Below are positions 27,284 through 37,276 of a DNA stretch of 44,034 nucleotides, piece after piece. The DNA comes from Bacteroidota bacterium. GTDB lineage: Bacteria; Bacteroidota; Bacteroidia; Chitinophagales; CAIODY01. The notes below the pieces were generated by a model that saw only the letters and a list, made by a program, of their open reading frames with translations, made no database searches and had not been told where the DNA came from. Position numbers and translations under genes: made by a program. Within the stretch, counting starts at the first letter, position 1, and each line of letters starts with the position of its first letter. The DNA is taken from positions 1-44,034 of the forward strand of contig JBEEMV010000082.1 in assembly GCA_041192505.1 (NCBI GenBank), written 5' to 3'.

Positions 27284-27323
27284 ATAAAAAAACCGAAGTC
27301 AAAATATTTTGACTTCGGTTTTA
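27284..27323 (-). terminator. Rho-independent terminator after pckA, potentially bidirectional
   Basis: A perfect 28-nt palindrome, ACCGAAGTCAAAATATTTTGACTTCGGT (27292-27319), is flanked by an A-run and a T-run. Confidence 0.8.
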
Positions 27324-27385
27324 TAAACTATTTTTATCTCATAATCCGTATCACTTATTTAGGACGGGACAATTTCAAAAAATAC

Positions 27386-28996
27386 TTACACCAACATTTT
27401 TGGTGCAGCACTCATAATTTCTTCGTTAGCTTGTGAAGCATATTTATTAAAATTATTTACAAATTTATTCGCCAATTCATTTGCTTTAGCATCGTATGCA
27501 TTGCCATCAGCCCATGTATTACGTGGGTTTAAAATTTCTGTTGGTACATCAGGGCAAGTGGCAGGCATTGCTAATCCAAATATTGGATGATTTTCGAATT
27601 CAACATTAGCTAACTGACCATTTAAAGCCGCTGTAATCATAGCTCTTGTAAATTTCAATTTCATACGGCTACCTGTGCCATAAGCACCGCCGCTCCAACC
27701 TGTATTTACTAACCAAACATTAGCTCCAGTTTTACGCATTCTTTCACCTAACATTTCAGCATAACGAGCAGGATGTAAAGGCAAGAAAGGTGCGCCAAAG
27801 CAAGCACTGAATGTAGTTGTAGGCTCGGTAATACCAGCTTCTGTACCAGCCACTTTAGCAGTATAACCGCTAATGAAATGATACATTGCTTGACCAGGTG
27901 TTAATTTAGAAATAGGAGGCAATACGCCCGAAGCATCGCAAGTAAGAAAGAATATATTTTTAGGTACGCCGCCAACACTTGGGTTTACTGCATTTGCAAT
28001 ATGTGTCATTGGGTATGCAGCTCTTGTATTTTCAGTTTTGCTAATGTTTGCATAATCAGGAGTGTTAGTTCCTGCAATAAATTTAACATTTTCTAAAACT
28101 GTTCCGTGTTTAATAGCAGCCCAAATTTCGGGTTCTTTTTCAGCAGTTAAATCAACGCATTTTGCGTAGCAACCACCTTCAAAATTAAATACACCATCAT
28201 CAGCCCAACCATGTTCATCATCACCAATTAAAGCACGATTTGGGTCAGCCGATAAAGTAGTTTTTCCTGTACCGCTTAAGCCAAAGAATACAGCAGTGTC
28301 GCCATCTTTACCAATATTAGCCGAGCAATGCATGGGTAATACACCACGATTAACTGGCAAAATAAAATTCAATACCGAGAAAATAGATTTTTTCATTTCA
28401 CCAGCATAGCCAGTTCCTGCAATCAAAACCATTTTCTTTGTAAAATTTACTATTACAAAATTGCCTTGGCGCAAACCATTTTCGGCAATGTTTGTAGTTT
28501 TATAATCAGGCGCACAAAGTATTGTCCAATCAGGCACCATCGATGTTTTCTCGGCATCTGATGGGCGCATGAACATATTATCTACAAATAAATTGTGATA
28601 AGGAATTGCGTTGATGGTACGAACATTCAAACGATAGTTTGGATTAGCACACACAAAATTATCACGAACATAAATTTCTTTTCCTTCGTAATGTGCACAT
28701 ACTTCGGCTTGCAATCTATCAAAAGCTTCGGCTGTAACACCCACATTTGTATCGCCCCAGTTTACATCATTTTCGGTGATGTTATCTCGTACAATAAATC
28801 TGTCTTTTGGGCTACGACCGCTGAATTCGCCACTATCAAATACAATAGCACCATTGTCGGCATATACGCCATGACCTAATGCTATAGCCTTATCCATCAA
28901 TTGTTGAGGCGTAAGATTCCAGTTGCAAATTGTAACATTCTTTATACCTGCTGTGTCTAATCCAACAGTGGTATTCTTAATTCCATTTTCTTGCAT
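27386..28996 (-). CDS. pckA: Phosphoenolpyruvate carboxykinase (ATP)
   Basis: The length is 536 aa. The kinase-1a motif FFGLSGTGKTTLS and the segments IGDDEHGW and FNFEGGCYAK are present. Confidence 0.92.
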   Translation of the reverse strand: MQENGIKNTTVGLDTAGIKNVTICNWNLTPQQLMDKAIALGHGVYADNGAIVFDSGEFSGRSPKDRFIVRDNITENDVNWGDTNVGVTAEAFDRLQAEVCAHYEGKEIYVRDNFVCANPNYRLNVRTINAIPYHNLFVDNMFMRPSDAEKTSMVPDWTILCAPDYKTTNIAENGLRQGNFVIVNFTKKMVLIAGTGYAGEMKKSIFSVLNFILPVNRGVLPMHCSANIGKDGDTAVFFGLSGTGKTTLSADPNRALIGDDEHGWADDGVFNFEGGCYAKCVDLTAEKEPEIWAAIKHGTVLENVKFIAGTNTPDYANISKTENTRAAYPMTHIANAVNPSVGGVPKNIFFLTCDASGVLPPISKLTPGQAMYHFISGYTAKVAGTEAGITEPTTTFSACFGAPFLPLHPARYAEMLGERMRKTGANVWLVNTGWSGGAYGTGSRMKLKFTRAMITAALNGQLANVEFENHPIFGLAMPATCPDVPTEILNPRNTWADGNAYDAKANELANKFVNNFNKYASQANEEIMSAAPKMLV

Positions 28997-29065
28997 ATAA
29001 ATAGTTGATTATAGTTTGGACGGCAAATGTAAATATTTTTACTAAGTATAAAAAGCCGATTTTAA

Positions 29066-29512
29066 TTAGTGTTTAATTTGTTTGAAATAATAATAGCTGG
29101 GCAAGTCGTTTATTTTATTGGTAAAATAATTAAATGAGTAAGATGGTAAATCCATTATAGATATGGGCGAACATCGTGTAAGCCTATCTGCGCTTAGCGC
29201 TACACCTTTTACGAAGCCATATTTGGCAATACATTGTTTTGAAAAATTGCTACAACTGGGTATGTGTGGGCAATCGGTTGCTAACTGCGGCGATATAATA
29301 TTTTGATAAAAAAATAAAGTGGTGGTAAACGGCAATAGCAGTGGATTCTTTTTTATTAATAATGAAAAATGTTTTATCGAATCGCTATTATTATGTTCCA
29401 CTAATTGTTGTTTAATCAGCATTACATCGCTTTTGCTTTGTGCCAATAATAGATTGGCAACAAGCATATTTGTTAGCAGCAAAATAAATTTTATCTTGTT
29501 TTTTGTTTTCAT
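29066..29512 (-). CDS. YidD-domain protein with a long N-terminal extension
   Basis: The core YQNIISPQLATDCPHIPSCSNFSKQCIAKYGFVKGVALSADRLTRCSP matches the YidD pattern (ISP..C.F.PSCS.Y....G...G......R..RC.P). The N-terminus MKTKNKIKFILLLTNMLVANLLLAQ is signal/TM-like. I chose the start at ATG 29512. Confidence 0.65.
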   Translation of the reverse strand: MKTKNKIKFILLLTNMLVANLLLAQSKSDVMLIKQQLVEHNNSDSIKHFSLLIKKNPLLLPFTTTLFFYQNIISPQLATDCPHIPSCSNFSKQCIAKYGFVKGVALSADRLTRCSPISIMDLPSYSFNYFTNKINDLPSYYYFKQIKH

Positions 29513-29517
29513 AAAAT

Positions 29518-29550
29518 AAAAAAGCAGCAAGTAGTTCTTGCTGCTTTTTA
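29518..29550 (-). terminator. Rho-independent terminator after the 2068-aa gene
   Basis: The sequence is AAAGCAGCAAG-tagtt-CTTGCTGCTTT, an 11-bp stem. On the minus strand it is followed by a T-rich run. Confidence 0.7.
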
Positions 29551-29563
29551 TTAAAAGGGTTTA

Positions 29564-32500
29564 TTATCGAATTAATGTCATGGTACCTGTAAGTGGAAAC
29601 ACTTCGCCTTCGGCACATTGAACTTCCATTTGATACATAAATACACCAGCTGGCATTGGGCTACCATTAAAGAATCCATCCCAACCTACACTTGAATCAT
29701 TGATAGGTTGATTTTGAGCACTATACACTAAACCGCCCCATCTATCATAAATTCTCATGTAGTTTAATTGTGTTACCCCTGTGCCTTGTACATAAAATCT
29801 TGAATTGGCAGGCGATGAGCCAGGTATAAATGCATTAGGCACATATACTGCATTGCTAGCATTACATAATACATGCACGGTAACATCGGCAGTATCCGAA
29901 CAGCCATGAATATCGGTTAATATTACTGTATATTTTGTAGTAACATCAGGCCATACTGTAGGCGAACCAGAATAAATAGAATCGATATGGTAATTAGGAT
30001 CCCACAAGTATGTATAAAAACCACCAGCCGCACCTACTTGAGCAATTCGAACAGGTCTGCCTGCTACCACATCATTTATTTCATGATTTAAAATAACATT
30101 TGGTAAAGGAAATACGGTAACATGAACATCCACTACATCCTGATTACATGTACCTACGATGGTGGCTGAATAAGTATATGTTGCAGGAAATAAAGGCTTA
30201 ACAACTAATGCTGGATTTGTGGAAATAATTTCGTTTGTATTTTGATTTAACCACGAATAAGTAATACCACCTTGTGCACTTAATAAAGCCGAGCCGCCAA
30301 TACATATTGATGTATCAATACCAGCAGATGGCACAATAAACGGAATAATACTAACATGAATACAAGCAGTATCGCTACAACCATATTGATTACTTACTTG
30401 CATGCAGTAAGTGGTATCAAGTTGTGGTTGAATATAAGGATTTGAATTAAATCTGCCTGGTGTATAGCTTGTCCCAAATGGACTGAACCAATTATATGAT
30501 TCATTGGCTTTAGGCGCACAGCCTATATTTACTTGTTGCCCTGCACATACCAATGTATCTTTTGCTACACATGCTATAGGAAATGGATAACTACTTACTG
30601 TGTGAACGGCGGTATCCATACATCCTTGTTGAGTGGTAATGATGTAGGTGATAGTATCAACAAAAGGTTGAGTAATGCCTGAATGGATATAGGTATGTGT
30701 AATGCCTGTAGGATAGTTTGATGAATTATAAATTGAACCAGGTTCCCAATTGATATAATAATTAGTAATTGGCGATAATGGCATTGTGGTTGATAAATCT
30801 TTAAAGGTTATTTTTAAAGGATTACAAGCTCCTGGAGGATTCATATCAAAATCGGCATTTGGTTTTGGATACAAACAAATTTGTTTAGTAATAGCACTAT
30901 CGCAGCCTGAAGCATTAATAACGGTTAATTTAATAGTAAAACAAGTTGACGCTGAACCTGTTGTTAAATAAAATTTATGCGCAGGGTTTAGTAAACCAGA
31001 TTGGCATCCTACAACACCATCACCAAAATTCCAACAATACGATAATTCGGCTGCTGGTGTACTAGAATTAGTAAATAAAACGGTAGCAGAATCGCCGCAA
31101 TATACGGTAGCCGCAACAGAAAAATTTGCTACCACATCAGCCGAAACATAAATCTGTTGAACAACACTTGTATCAACGCAGAATGTAACAGAACTATCAA
31201 TAAGCACAGCATTGTATAAACCCGAAGTGGTATAGCAGTAAGAGGTTGAACTATTTGAACTTGTTAAGGTTTTATTTGGCCAATCAAAATACCAATGATA
31301 ACCTAAATTAGCTTCAGGATCAACCGAATTATTAGTAAAATTTATACATGAATTGGCACAAATACTATCTTGATTTACAGAAAAAGCTGATGTAGGTTTT
31401 GGATGAACAGTAAACAAATTATCTTGCTGAATAGAATCAATACACCCATCTTTACTAGTAATTTTTAATTTCATTGAATAAACGCCTGAAGTAGTAATAT
31501 TCAAATTAATTGTATCAGATGTGTAGGTAGCTATAGGTAAAGATGTGGTAGCATCTATCAATGTCCACTCAAATGCAGCAGTATCAAGGATACTTACCGA
31601 ACTAGCTATGGAAGAATTTTCGAATTGAACATTAGCAGTACCACAAAAATTAGTTAATGGTGGCGAATATGTAAATGCAGCTTGTGGCCCATCTATAAAT
31701 ACTGTATCTACAATTGGATACGAACAATTAGAACCATCTGTAATGAAAAAATAAACTGGGTATTTACCTGGCACGTTAAACGCATGACCAAAATGATAAT
31801 ATTGAGTGGTAGTATCGGTTGGATTAATCCGTTGTATTTGAATTGGAGCACTGGCATCATTCCAAACTGCCAATATACCATTTGATGAATTGGTAGAATC
31901 ATTGAACCAAAGCGTATCATTTATACAAGCATGTTGTTTAAATGGTGGCAGATGCACATAGCTTGGACCTAATACATTTACAATTTGCGAATAAGACGAA
32001 TTACAAGGCACCCCATTAGCTTGTACACCTTTAGTACTATATATTTTACAAATAATATTATACTCCCCAACCGCACCAGTAGGCAATTGAATATTTGTGG
32101 GTATTGAACCTTGTCGTTTAGAATATATAAAAGATAAATATGGTGGTATTAAACCAGGTATGAACTCTAAAATAACCAAACTATCATACGCCCCAACCGA
32201 TAAATTGGTAACTGGTAAAAAGCTGGAAGGACATGGCCAAACACTTGGAATAGAAAACTGCGCCACTGGATCTTGAAAATGAATACGAATACAAGTATCA
32301 TCAGAACATGGAACACCTCCATTAGCCACACAACCATTTTTAACATGAAGGTTTAAATAATAATAACCATTCGTATTTGTATAATTTGAAGTTAATTGAA
32401 AACTTCCTTTACCAGCACTTTTTTGCATTTTCCATGGTGTTGGCGATTTACAAGCTATTGAATCCCATGTCCAAATACTTGTATCTACTGTACCTGTAGA

Positions 32501-35500
32501 CAAATTTGATAAATTTAAAGCTGTTCCCAAGCATAATACAGTATCTAACAAACCACTAAATTTTGCTAAATTTCCACAATAAGTAGGCGTTGCAATAGCT
32601 TGTGTTAAGCTACATCCGCTTACACTAAAAACTTCATATTGGATAACACTTGTGGGCTGTTTTAAAAAGCAATGTATAAAGCTTGTCCAAGTACTGCCAT
32701 ATACTGTATCTTTTGGCGAACCATCTTTATAATCAAATATAGTTTTTAGCAAAGTGCTGCCACATACTTTAATTTTGTTAGTAAACTTAGAACAACGATT
32801 ACAAGCACCTGTAACTTGATCCATCTGCACCATGCCGTATTGAAAACCTGAAGAATGGTAAACAGCACTATCTCTATAAAAATCAGTAACGGTTAACAAT
32901 AAATCTGATGAATCTCGGCACGAACCCGAGCTATTACCAATTATTAATTTTACCCGAAAAGTGCCACATGAATCATAATAATGAGTAAACCCATTTAGCA
33001 AACCACCAGAAGTATTTGTATTACCCGAAACAGAATATGTAGTATCACCTTGACCATTTGGCAAACCCCATTTAACTTGAACAAATGGAGGATACGGAGC
33101 ATTAGGGGTTGAAAAAATACCATTAATTGTCCAGCCAGCATAACCGCCTACTTTACATTTTGAGGTAGGGTCATTAAATGGAACTTGCTGCATAACCGCT
33201 TGGTAATTTAAAATAGAAACAACTTTTTTTACGGTATCGGCTTGGCACGATTGCCCATTATTGTTCACTATCATCCAAGCCGTAAATACACCATTATTAG
33301 GAAACTGGAATGTAAATCGAGTTGGTGAATGAGGCGTATTAGGCGAAGTACTTGGCCAATATACACCTGAATCTATGTAATCACTTGCACCTGGCCCAGC
33401 ACCAAATAAAATAAATTTTACTGTAGTTGGATAAGTGCCTGTACCATTTTTAGGATAAATTTTTATTGATGGTACAAATGTACAAGTTTGAGATGTTGCA
33501 ACACCACCTGCCGAACACCATACAGAATCTTTAAAATTAGATTTAATACCATTTACTGTTACCATGCTATCAATAGTTAATGTGTCCTGACAGCCATTGC
33601 TATTAATAATAAAATGTCCTGAATATACACCCGTATCAGTAAAACAAACTTGTGGCGTATCACACACAAATGATCTTGCCAATATTGGGGTTTTATGTGG
33701 CCTTGTAAAATACCAATTACACGATTTAACATTACATAATGAAACATAAGACCCTGGAACATGAATGACTTGTGTAATAGGATCGGGCTGAACATATAAA
33801 CATGCCTTACCATTTTTCAAACATAATGTACTATCTGATAAGGTAACAATTGGCGTAATTTTATGACCAATATGAATTATTCTATTTTGAGTAATAGTAT
33901 CAATACAATGAATACCACCTAAATGATACGACCTATGAATTAATTTTACAGTATAACAAGTATCTATATTACTTGCATAATAATGAGAAATAGGCAATGT
34001 ATCATGGGTGGCAAAAGTTTGCCCATCACCAAAATCCCATGTATATAAAGTATCCGTTGTGGGCGAAGGCGTAAAACTTACTGTTACCGAGTCGCAACCG
34101 TTTGTTTTATTATAAGTAAAACTTCCCTTAAGCGGTGTTAATGAAACTGTTTTTGATGAAATTGCCGCACAACCACCATTGGCTGCACTTTGTATAACTT
34201 TCAAATAAACATCATGCGAACCATAACCTGAAAATACTGTACAAAAATTTATACCCGTACCCTGAACTACGGCACCAGTATTAGGATTAGCAACATACCA
34301 TTCGTATGTAGCACCCGGTAAATTTGGAGCCAAATTTTGTACTGGCCCATCAAAGCAAAATTGATGTGATGGTGAACAATAATTACCAGTAAAACCCGAT
34401 GCTATAGATACTGTAGCTATAGGACAAGGATTAATGGTAATAGTTAATGGACCACCAGTGCATGGGTTTAGTAATGAATAATAACCTACACAATTGTTTG
34501 ATGAATTTATCAAAGTATCTCCTTTAAAAACAATGCAATAAGTTACAGGTGACTGATAACATCCTGGCAAATTTATAATACAATTATTTAAGGCTCCAAG
34601 GCTACAACCAGAAGATGTAATAGTGCCTAATGTAACAGGAACTACACAAGCTGGATAAATGCCACCACATGGCTCTGCAACCACAATACCTGAAATAGGG
34701 CTTGATGACAATGGCGTTGTACAAGCTGTAAAAGTGGTTACGAATGATTGACCTGATCCTGCATTTGTAGTAGATATTGATAAACAAGGATTGCTTGCAA
34801 TACCTTGAATACAAACCGCATTATTTTGAGTAATGGTATCAGAACAACCAAAAGTAGGATGAATATATTTGAATACTGCTAATTTTACATTTGTACATGA
34901 ATAAGATGTGAAATTATGGCTAGCCGTATTTAAAGGCGATGGTCCTGATGTTGCTGTAGCCGATGTTGAAGGAATCCACCAAGTATAACTATCATTTCCT
35001 GGCGGAGAAGCTAAATTTATTATGCCTGGCGAACACAAATTGCTACCACCAGCTACATACATAGATGCCGTAGGCTTAACTACTGCGTAAATATAACTTG
35101 TTTTAATAATTGCACTTTTGCAACCATTAGCATCTACCACCTGCAGATATACATTGTTTCTTGTATTACTAGCATTGTATTTAACTGGTAAGCTTCCACT
35201 ACCTGCTGTAGCTGTACCAAAAGTAGCAAACTGCGATGAGTAAGGTAAATTTGTGCTTGGATTTATTCCTACCGTACCCAAATTCCAAGTATAGGTATAA
35301 GGCGGTAAACTATTAGGATTTGAAGGTATTAAGGTGGTTAATAATGTGCCACAACCTATTGTATCAGATGCTGTAAAATTAGCTGTAGGCACAGCATGTG
35401 TTGTAGCAATACATACACATGATTGGCTTACTTGTCCACTAGCACTAGAAACTGTTAAACACACATAATATGATCCTGCATTTACCGCAGCTATAATTGG

Positions 35501-35770
35501 CGAACTACTTTTTGTAGCACCAAAAAACTTATAGGTAGTTGCCGAACCAGATGCATTACAATTAAAAGCAGCACTATAATAAACTGACCACTTAGCTGTA
35601 TCATAACTTCCTGTTGATGTATTGTTCAGTGTTAAAATTAAATTACCACATGTATCAATTGGAAAAGTAAGACCGTTGGATGCTACAAAATGAGCAGTTA
35701 ACTGCGCTTTACTTTGCGATGAAGCAAATAAAGTAAGCATAAAGGCTAATAAAAAAACTATTTTTTTCAT
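29564..35770 (-). CDS. Giant PKD-domain-rich surface protein with a T9SS type-B (gliding-motility-associated, CHU_C) C-terminal domain
   Basis: The signal peptide is MKKIVFLLAFMLTLFASSQSKAQ. PKD signatures are YTWDFGDGQTF and CWNFGDGVVG. The C-terminus YVPNAFIPG....MRIYDRWGGLVY...VGWDGFFNGSPMPAGVFMYQMEV....GTMTLIR matches the type-B CTD pattern. Confidence 0.9.
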   Translation of the reverse strand: MKKIVFLLAFMLTLFASSQSKAQLTAHFVASNGLTFPIDTCGNLILTLNNTSTGSYDTAKWSVYYSAAFNCNASGSATTYKFFGATKSSSPIIAAVNAGSYYVCLTVSSASGQVSQSCVCIATTHAVPTANFTASDTIGCGTLLTTLIPSNPNSLPPYTYTWNLGTVGINPSTNLPYSSQFATFGTATAGSGSLPVKYNASNTRNNVYLQVVDANGCKSAIIKTSYIYAVVKPTASMYVAGGSNLCSPGIINLASPPGNDSYTWWIPSTSATATSGPSPLNTASHNFTSYSCTNVKLAVFKYIHPTFGCSDTITQNNAVCIQGIASNPCLSISTTNAGSGQSFVTTFTACTTPLSSSPISGIVVAEPCGGIYPACVVPVTLGTITSSGCSLGALNNCIINLPGCYQSPVTYCIVFKGDTLINSSNNCVGYYSLLNPCTGGPLTITINPCPIATVSIASGFTGNYCSPSHQFCFDGPVQNLAPNLPGATYEWYVANPNTGAVVQGTGINFCTVFSGYGSHDVYLKVIQSAANGGCAAISSKTVSLTPLKGSFTYNKTNGCDSVTVSFTPSPTTDTLYTWDFGDGQTFATHDTLPISHYYASNIDTCYTVKLIHRSYHLGGIHCIDTITQNRIIHIGHKITPIVTLSDSTLCLKNGKACLYVQPDPITQVIHVPGSYVSLCNVKSCNWYFTRPHKTPILARSFVCDTPQVCFTDTGVYSGHFIINSNGCQDTLTIDSMVTVNGIKSNFKDSVWCSAGGVATSQTCTFVPSIKIYPKNGTGTYPTTVKFILFGAGPGASDYIDSGVYWPSTSPNTPHSPTRFTFQFPNNGVFTAWMIVNNNGQSCQADTVKKVVSILNYQAVMQQVPFNDPTSKCKVGGYAGWTINGIFSTPNAPYPPFVQVKWGLPNGQGDTTYSVSGNTNTSGGLLNGFTHYYDSCGTFRVKLIIGNSSGSCRDSSDLLLTVTDFYRDSAVYHSSGFQYGMVQMDQVTGACNRCSKFTNKIKVCGSTLLKTIFDYKDGSPKDTVYGSTWTSFIHCFLKQPTSVIQYEVFSVSGCSLTQAIATPTYCGNLAKFSGLLDTVLCLGTALNLSNLSTGTVDTSIWTWDSIACKSPTPWKMQKSAGKGSFQLTSNYTNTNGYYYLNLHVKNGCVANGGVPCSDDTCIRIHFQDPVAQFSIPSVWPCPSSFLPVTNLSVGAYDSLVILEFIPGLIPPYLSFIYSKRQGSIPTNIQLPTGAVGEYNIICKIYSTKGVQANGVPCNSSYSQIVNVLGPSYVHLPPFKQHACINDTLWFNDSTNSSNGILAVWNDASAPIQIQRINPTDTTTQYYHFGHAFNVPGKYPVYFFITDGSNCSYPIVDTVFIDGPQAAFTYSPPLTNFCGTANVQFENSSIASSVSILDTAAFEWTLIDATTSLPIATYTSDTINLNITTSGVYSMKLKITSKDGCIDSIQQDNLFTVHPKPTSAFSVNQDSICANSCINFTNNSVDPEANLGYHWYFDWPNKTLTSSNSSTSYCYTTSGLYNAVLIDSSVTFCVDTSVVQQIYVSADVVANFSVAATVYCGDSATVLFTNSSTPAAELSYCWNFGDGVVGCQSGLLNPAHKFYLTTGSASTCFTIKLTVINASGCDSAITKQICLYPKPNADFDMNPPGACNPLKITFKDLSTTMPLSPITNYYINWEPGSIYNSSNYPTGITHTYIHSGITQPFVDTITYIITTQQGCMDTAVHTVSSYPFPIACVAKDTLVCAGQQVNIGCAPKANESYNWFSPFGTSYTPGRFNSNPYIQPQLDTTYCMQVSNQYGCSDTACIHVSIIPFIVPSAGIDTSICIGGSALLSAQGGITYSWLNQNTNEIISTNPALVVKPLFPATYTYSATIVGTCNQDVVDVHVTVFPLPNVILNHEINDVVAGRPVRIAQVGAAGGFYTYLWDPNYHIDSIYSGSPTVWPDVTTKYTVILTDIHGCSDTADVTVHVLCNASNAVYVPNAFIPGSSPANSRFYVQGTGVTQLNYMRIYDRWGGLVYSAQNQPINDSSVGWDGFFNGSPMPAGVFMYQMEVQCAEGEVFPLTGTMTLIR

Positions 35771-35935
35771 GGCTTAAAATTAAGGTATAAAATTTAAATT
35801 TTCGGTTGTTTTAATATGACTATTTATTGCTTTGAAATGTTGCATTTAAAAAACGTTGCATCAGTTTTTCAAAATACAAATTTCGATAGGAATTGGTAGT
35901 AAACCAAATTCAAAATCGAATAAAAATAGGCAGTG

Positions 35936-37222
35936 CTATTTTAAATTGATTACATCCATTCCAATATCTTTTCTATAATATTGATTTTCGAAAAATCCCT
36001 CAGATGCCTTGTTGATGGCTAATTCACGGGCTTTGTTTAAATCATCGTGCAAAGCTGTTAGCATCATTACTCTGCCACCCGACGAAATAATATTTCCATC
36101 ATCATTCAACTTTGTTCCTGCATGAAATACAATTACATCATTTTCCAATTCAATATTGTTAATCGTTTTTCCTGTTTCAAATGTTTCAGGATAGCCATTG
36201 CTTGCTAAAACCACAGTACAGCCAGCTTTTGGGTTTTCAATCATCGTTTCTTTATCTAATGTATTATTTGCAGTAGCTAAAAACAATTGCACCAAATCAT
36301 TTTCAATTCGGGGTATTACTACTTCAGTTTCAGGGTCGCCCATTCTACAATTATATTCAATTACAAATGGATCGTTTTCTACTTTAATTATGCCAAAATA
36401 AATAAACCCTTTGTAAATAATTTTTTCTTGTTGTAATCCTTTTATGGTAGGTTCAATTACTTGTTCAATTATTTTTTTCATTAATAATTCATCAGCAAAT
36501 GGCACTGGCGAAATAGCTCCCATGCCACCTGTATTCAAGCCCTTATCGCCTTCACCAATTCGTTTATAATCTTTTGCGGTTGGCAAAATCACATAATTAT
36601 TGCCATCGCTTAATACAAAAACACTTAATTCAATTCCTTTTAAAAATTGTTCAACCACTACTTTTGCACTTGCATCGCCAAACTTTGCGGCTTCAATCAT
36701 TTCAGTTAATTCAGCCATTGCATGTTCATGCGTTTCGCAAATCACTACGCCTTTGCCAGCAGCCAATCCATCAGCTTTTAATACAATAGGTAAACTTGAA
36801 TTTTGTAAATATTCAACACCTTGTTGCAAATTATTTTTATCAAATTCTTGATAAGCAGCCGTTGGAATATTGTGCCGCATCATAAATGCTTTTGCGTATG
36901 CTTTGCTGCCTTCCAATTTTGCACCTTCCATTGATGGCCCTATTACTGGAATATGTTTTAATGAACCTTTCGATTGAAAATAATCATAAATTCCTTTTAC
37001 TAAAGGCTCTTCGCTGCCAGGCAAAACCATGTCAATTTTTTCATCAACACAAAATTTTTCGATGCCTTCAAAATCCGAAACTTTTAGGTTTACATTGGTT
37101 GCACAGGCTGATGTGCCTGCATTACCAGGCGCAATAAATAATTTTGAACACAGTTTGCTTTGAGCTATTTTCCAAGCAAAAGCATGTTCTCTGCCACCCG
37201 AGCCTAATATTAAAATTTTCAT
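35936..37222 (-). CDS. purD: Phosphoribosylamine--glycine ligase
   Basis: Segments present: MKILILGSGGREHAFAWKI, LVLKADGLAAGKGV, NCRMGDPETEV. The length is 428 aa. Confidence 0.92.
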   Translation of the reverse strand: MKILILGSGGREHAFAWKIAQSKLCSKLFIAPGNAGTSACATNVNLKVSDFEGIEKFCVDEKIDMVLPGSEEPLVKGIYDYFQSKGSLKHIPVIGPSMEGAKLEGSKAYAKAFMMRHNIPTAAYQEFDKNNLQQGVEYLQNSSLPIVLKADGLAAGKGVVICETHEHAMAELTEMIEAAKFGDASAKVVVEQFLKGIELSVFVLSDGNNYVILPTAKDYKRIGEGDKGLNTGGMGAISPVPFADELLMKKIIEQVIEPTIKGLQQEKIIYKGFIYFGIIKVENDPFVIEYNCRMGDPETEVVIPRIENDLVQLFLATANNTLDKETMIENPKAGCTVVLASNGYPETFETGKTINNIELENDVIVFHAGTKLNDDGNIISSGGRVMMLTALHDDLNKARELAINKASEGFFENQYYRKDIGMDVINLK

Positions 37223-37276
37223 TACATAAAATTGAAATGCAAATTTAGCAAAAGAAGAAGTAACGAACTACGGAAA

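Noticed and set aside
27015-27385. The longest intergenic gap (370 nt, between der and pckA) as the site of a tRNA, sRNA or riboswitch
   Set aside because: I found no cloverleaf-compatible arms, no T-loop (GTTCGAATC-like) and no extended conserved-looking structure apart from the pckA terminator palindrome. The 26966-27148 ORF overlaps the der start and has no features. An sRNA cannot be excluded without expression data.
30786-34814. Short ORFs inside the 2068-aa gene (30786-30971, 31682-31885, 31708-31920, 33577-33813, 34602-34814) and 29412-29618
   Set aside because: They are embedded, out of frame or antisense, in a long motif-supported ORF, or they span its terminator.
36198-37137. Plus-strand ORFs antisense to purD
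   Set aside because: purD is unambiguous, and these are shadow ORFs.
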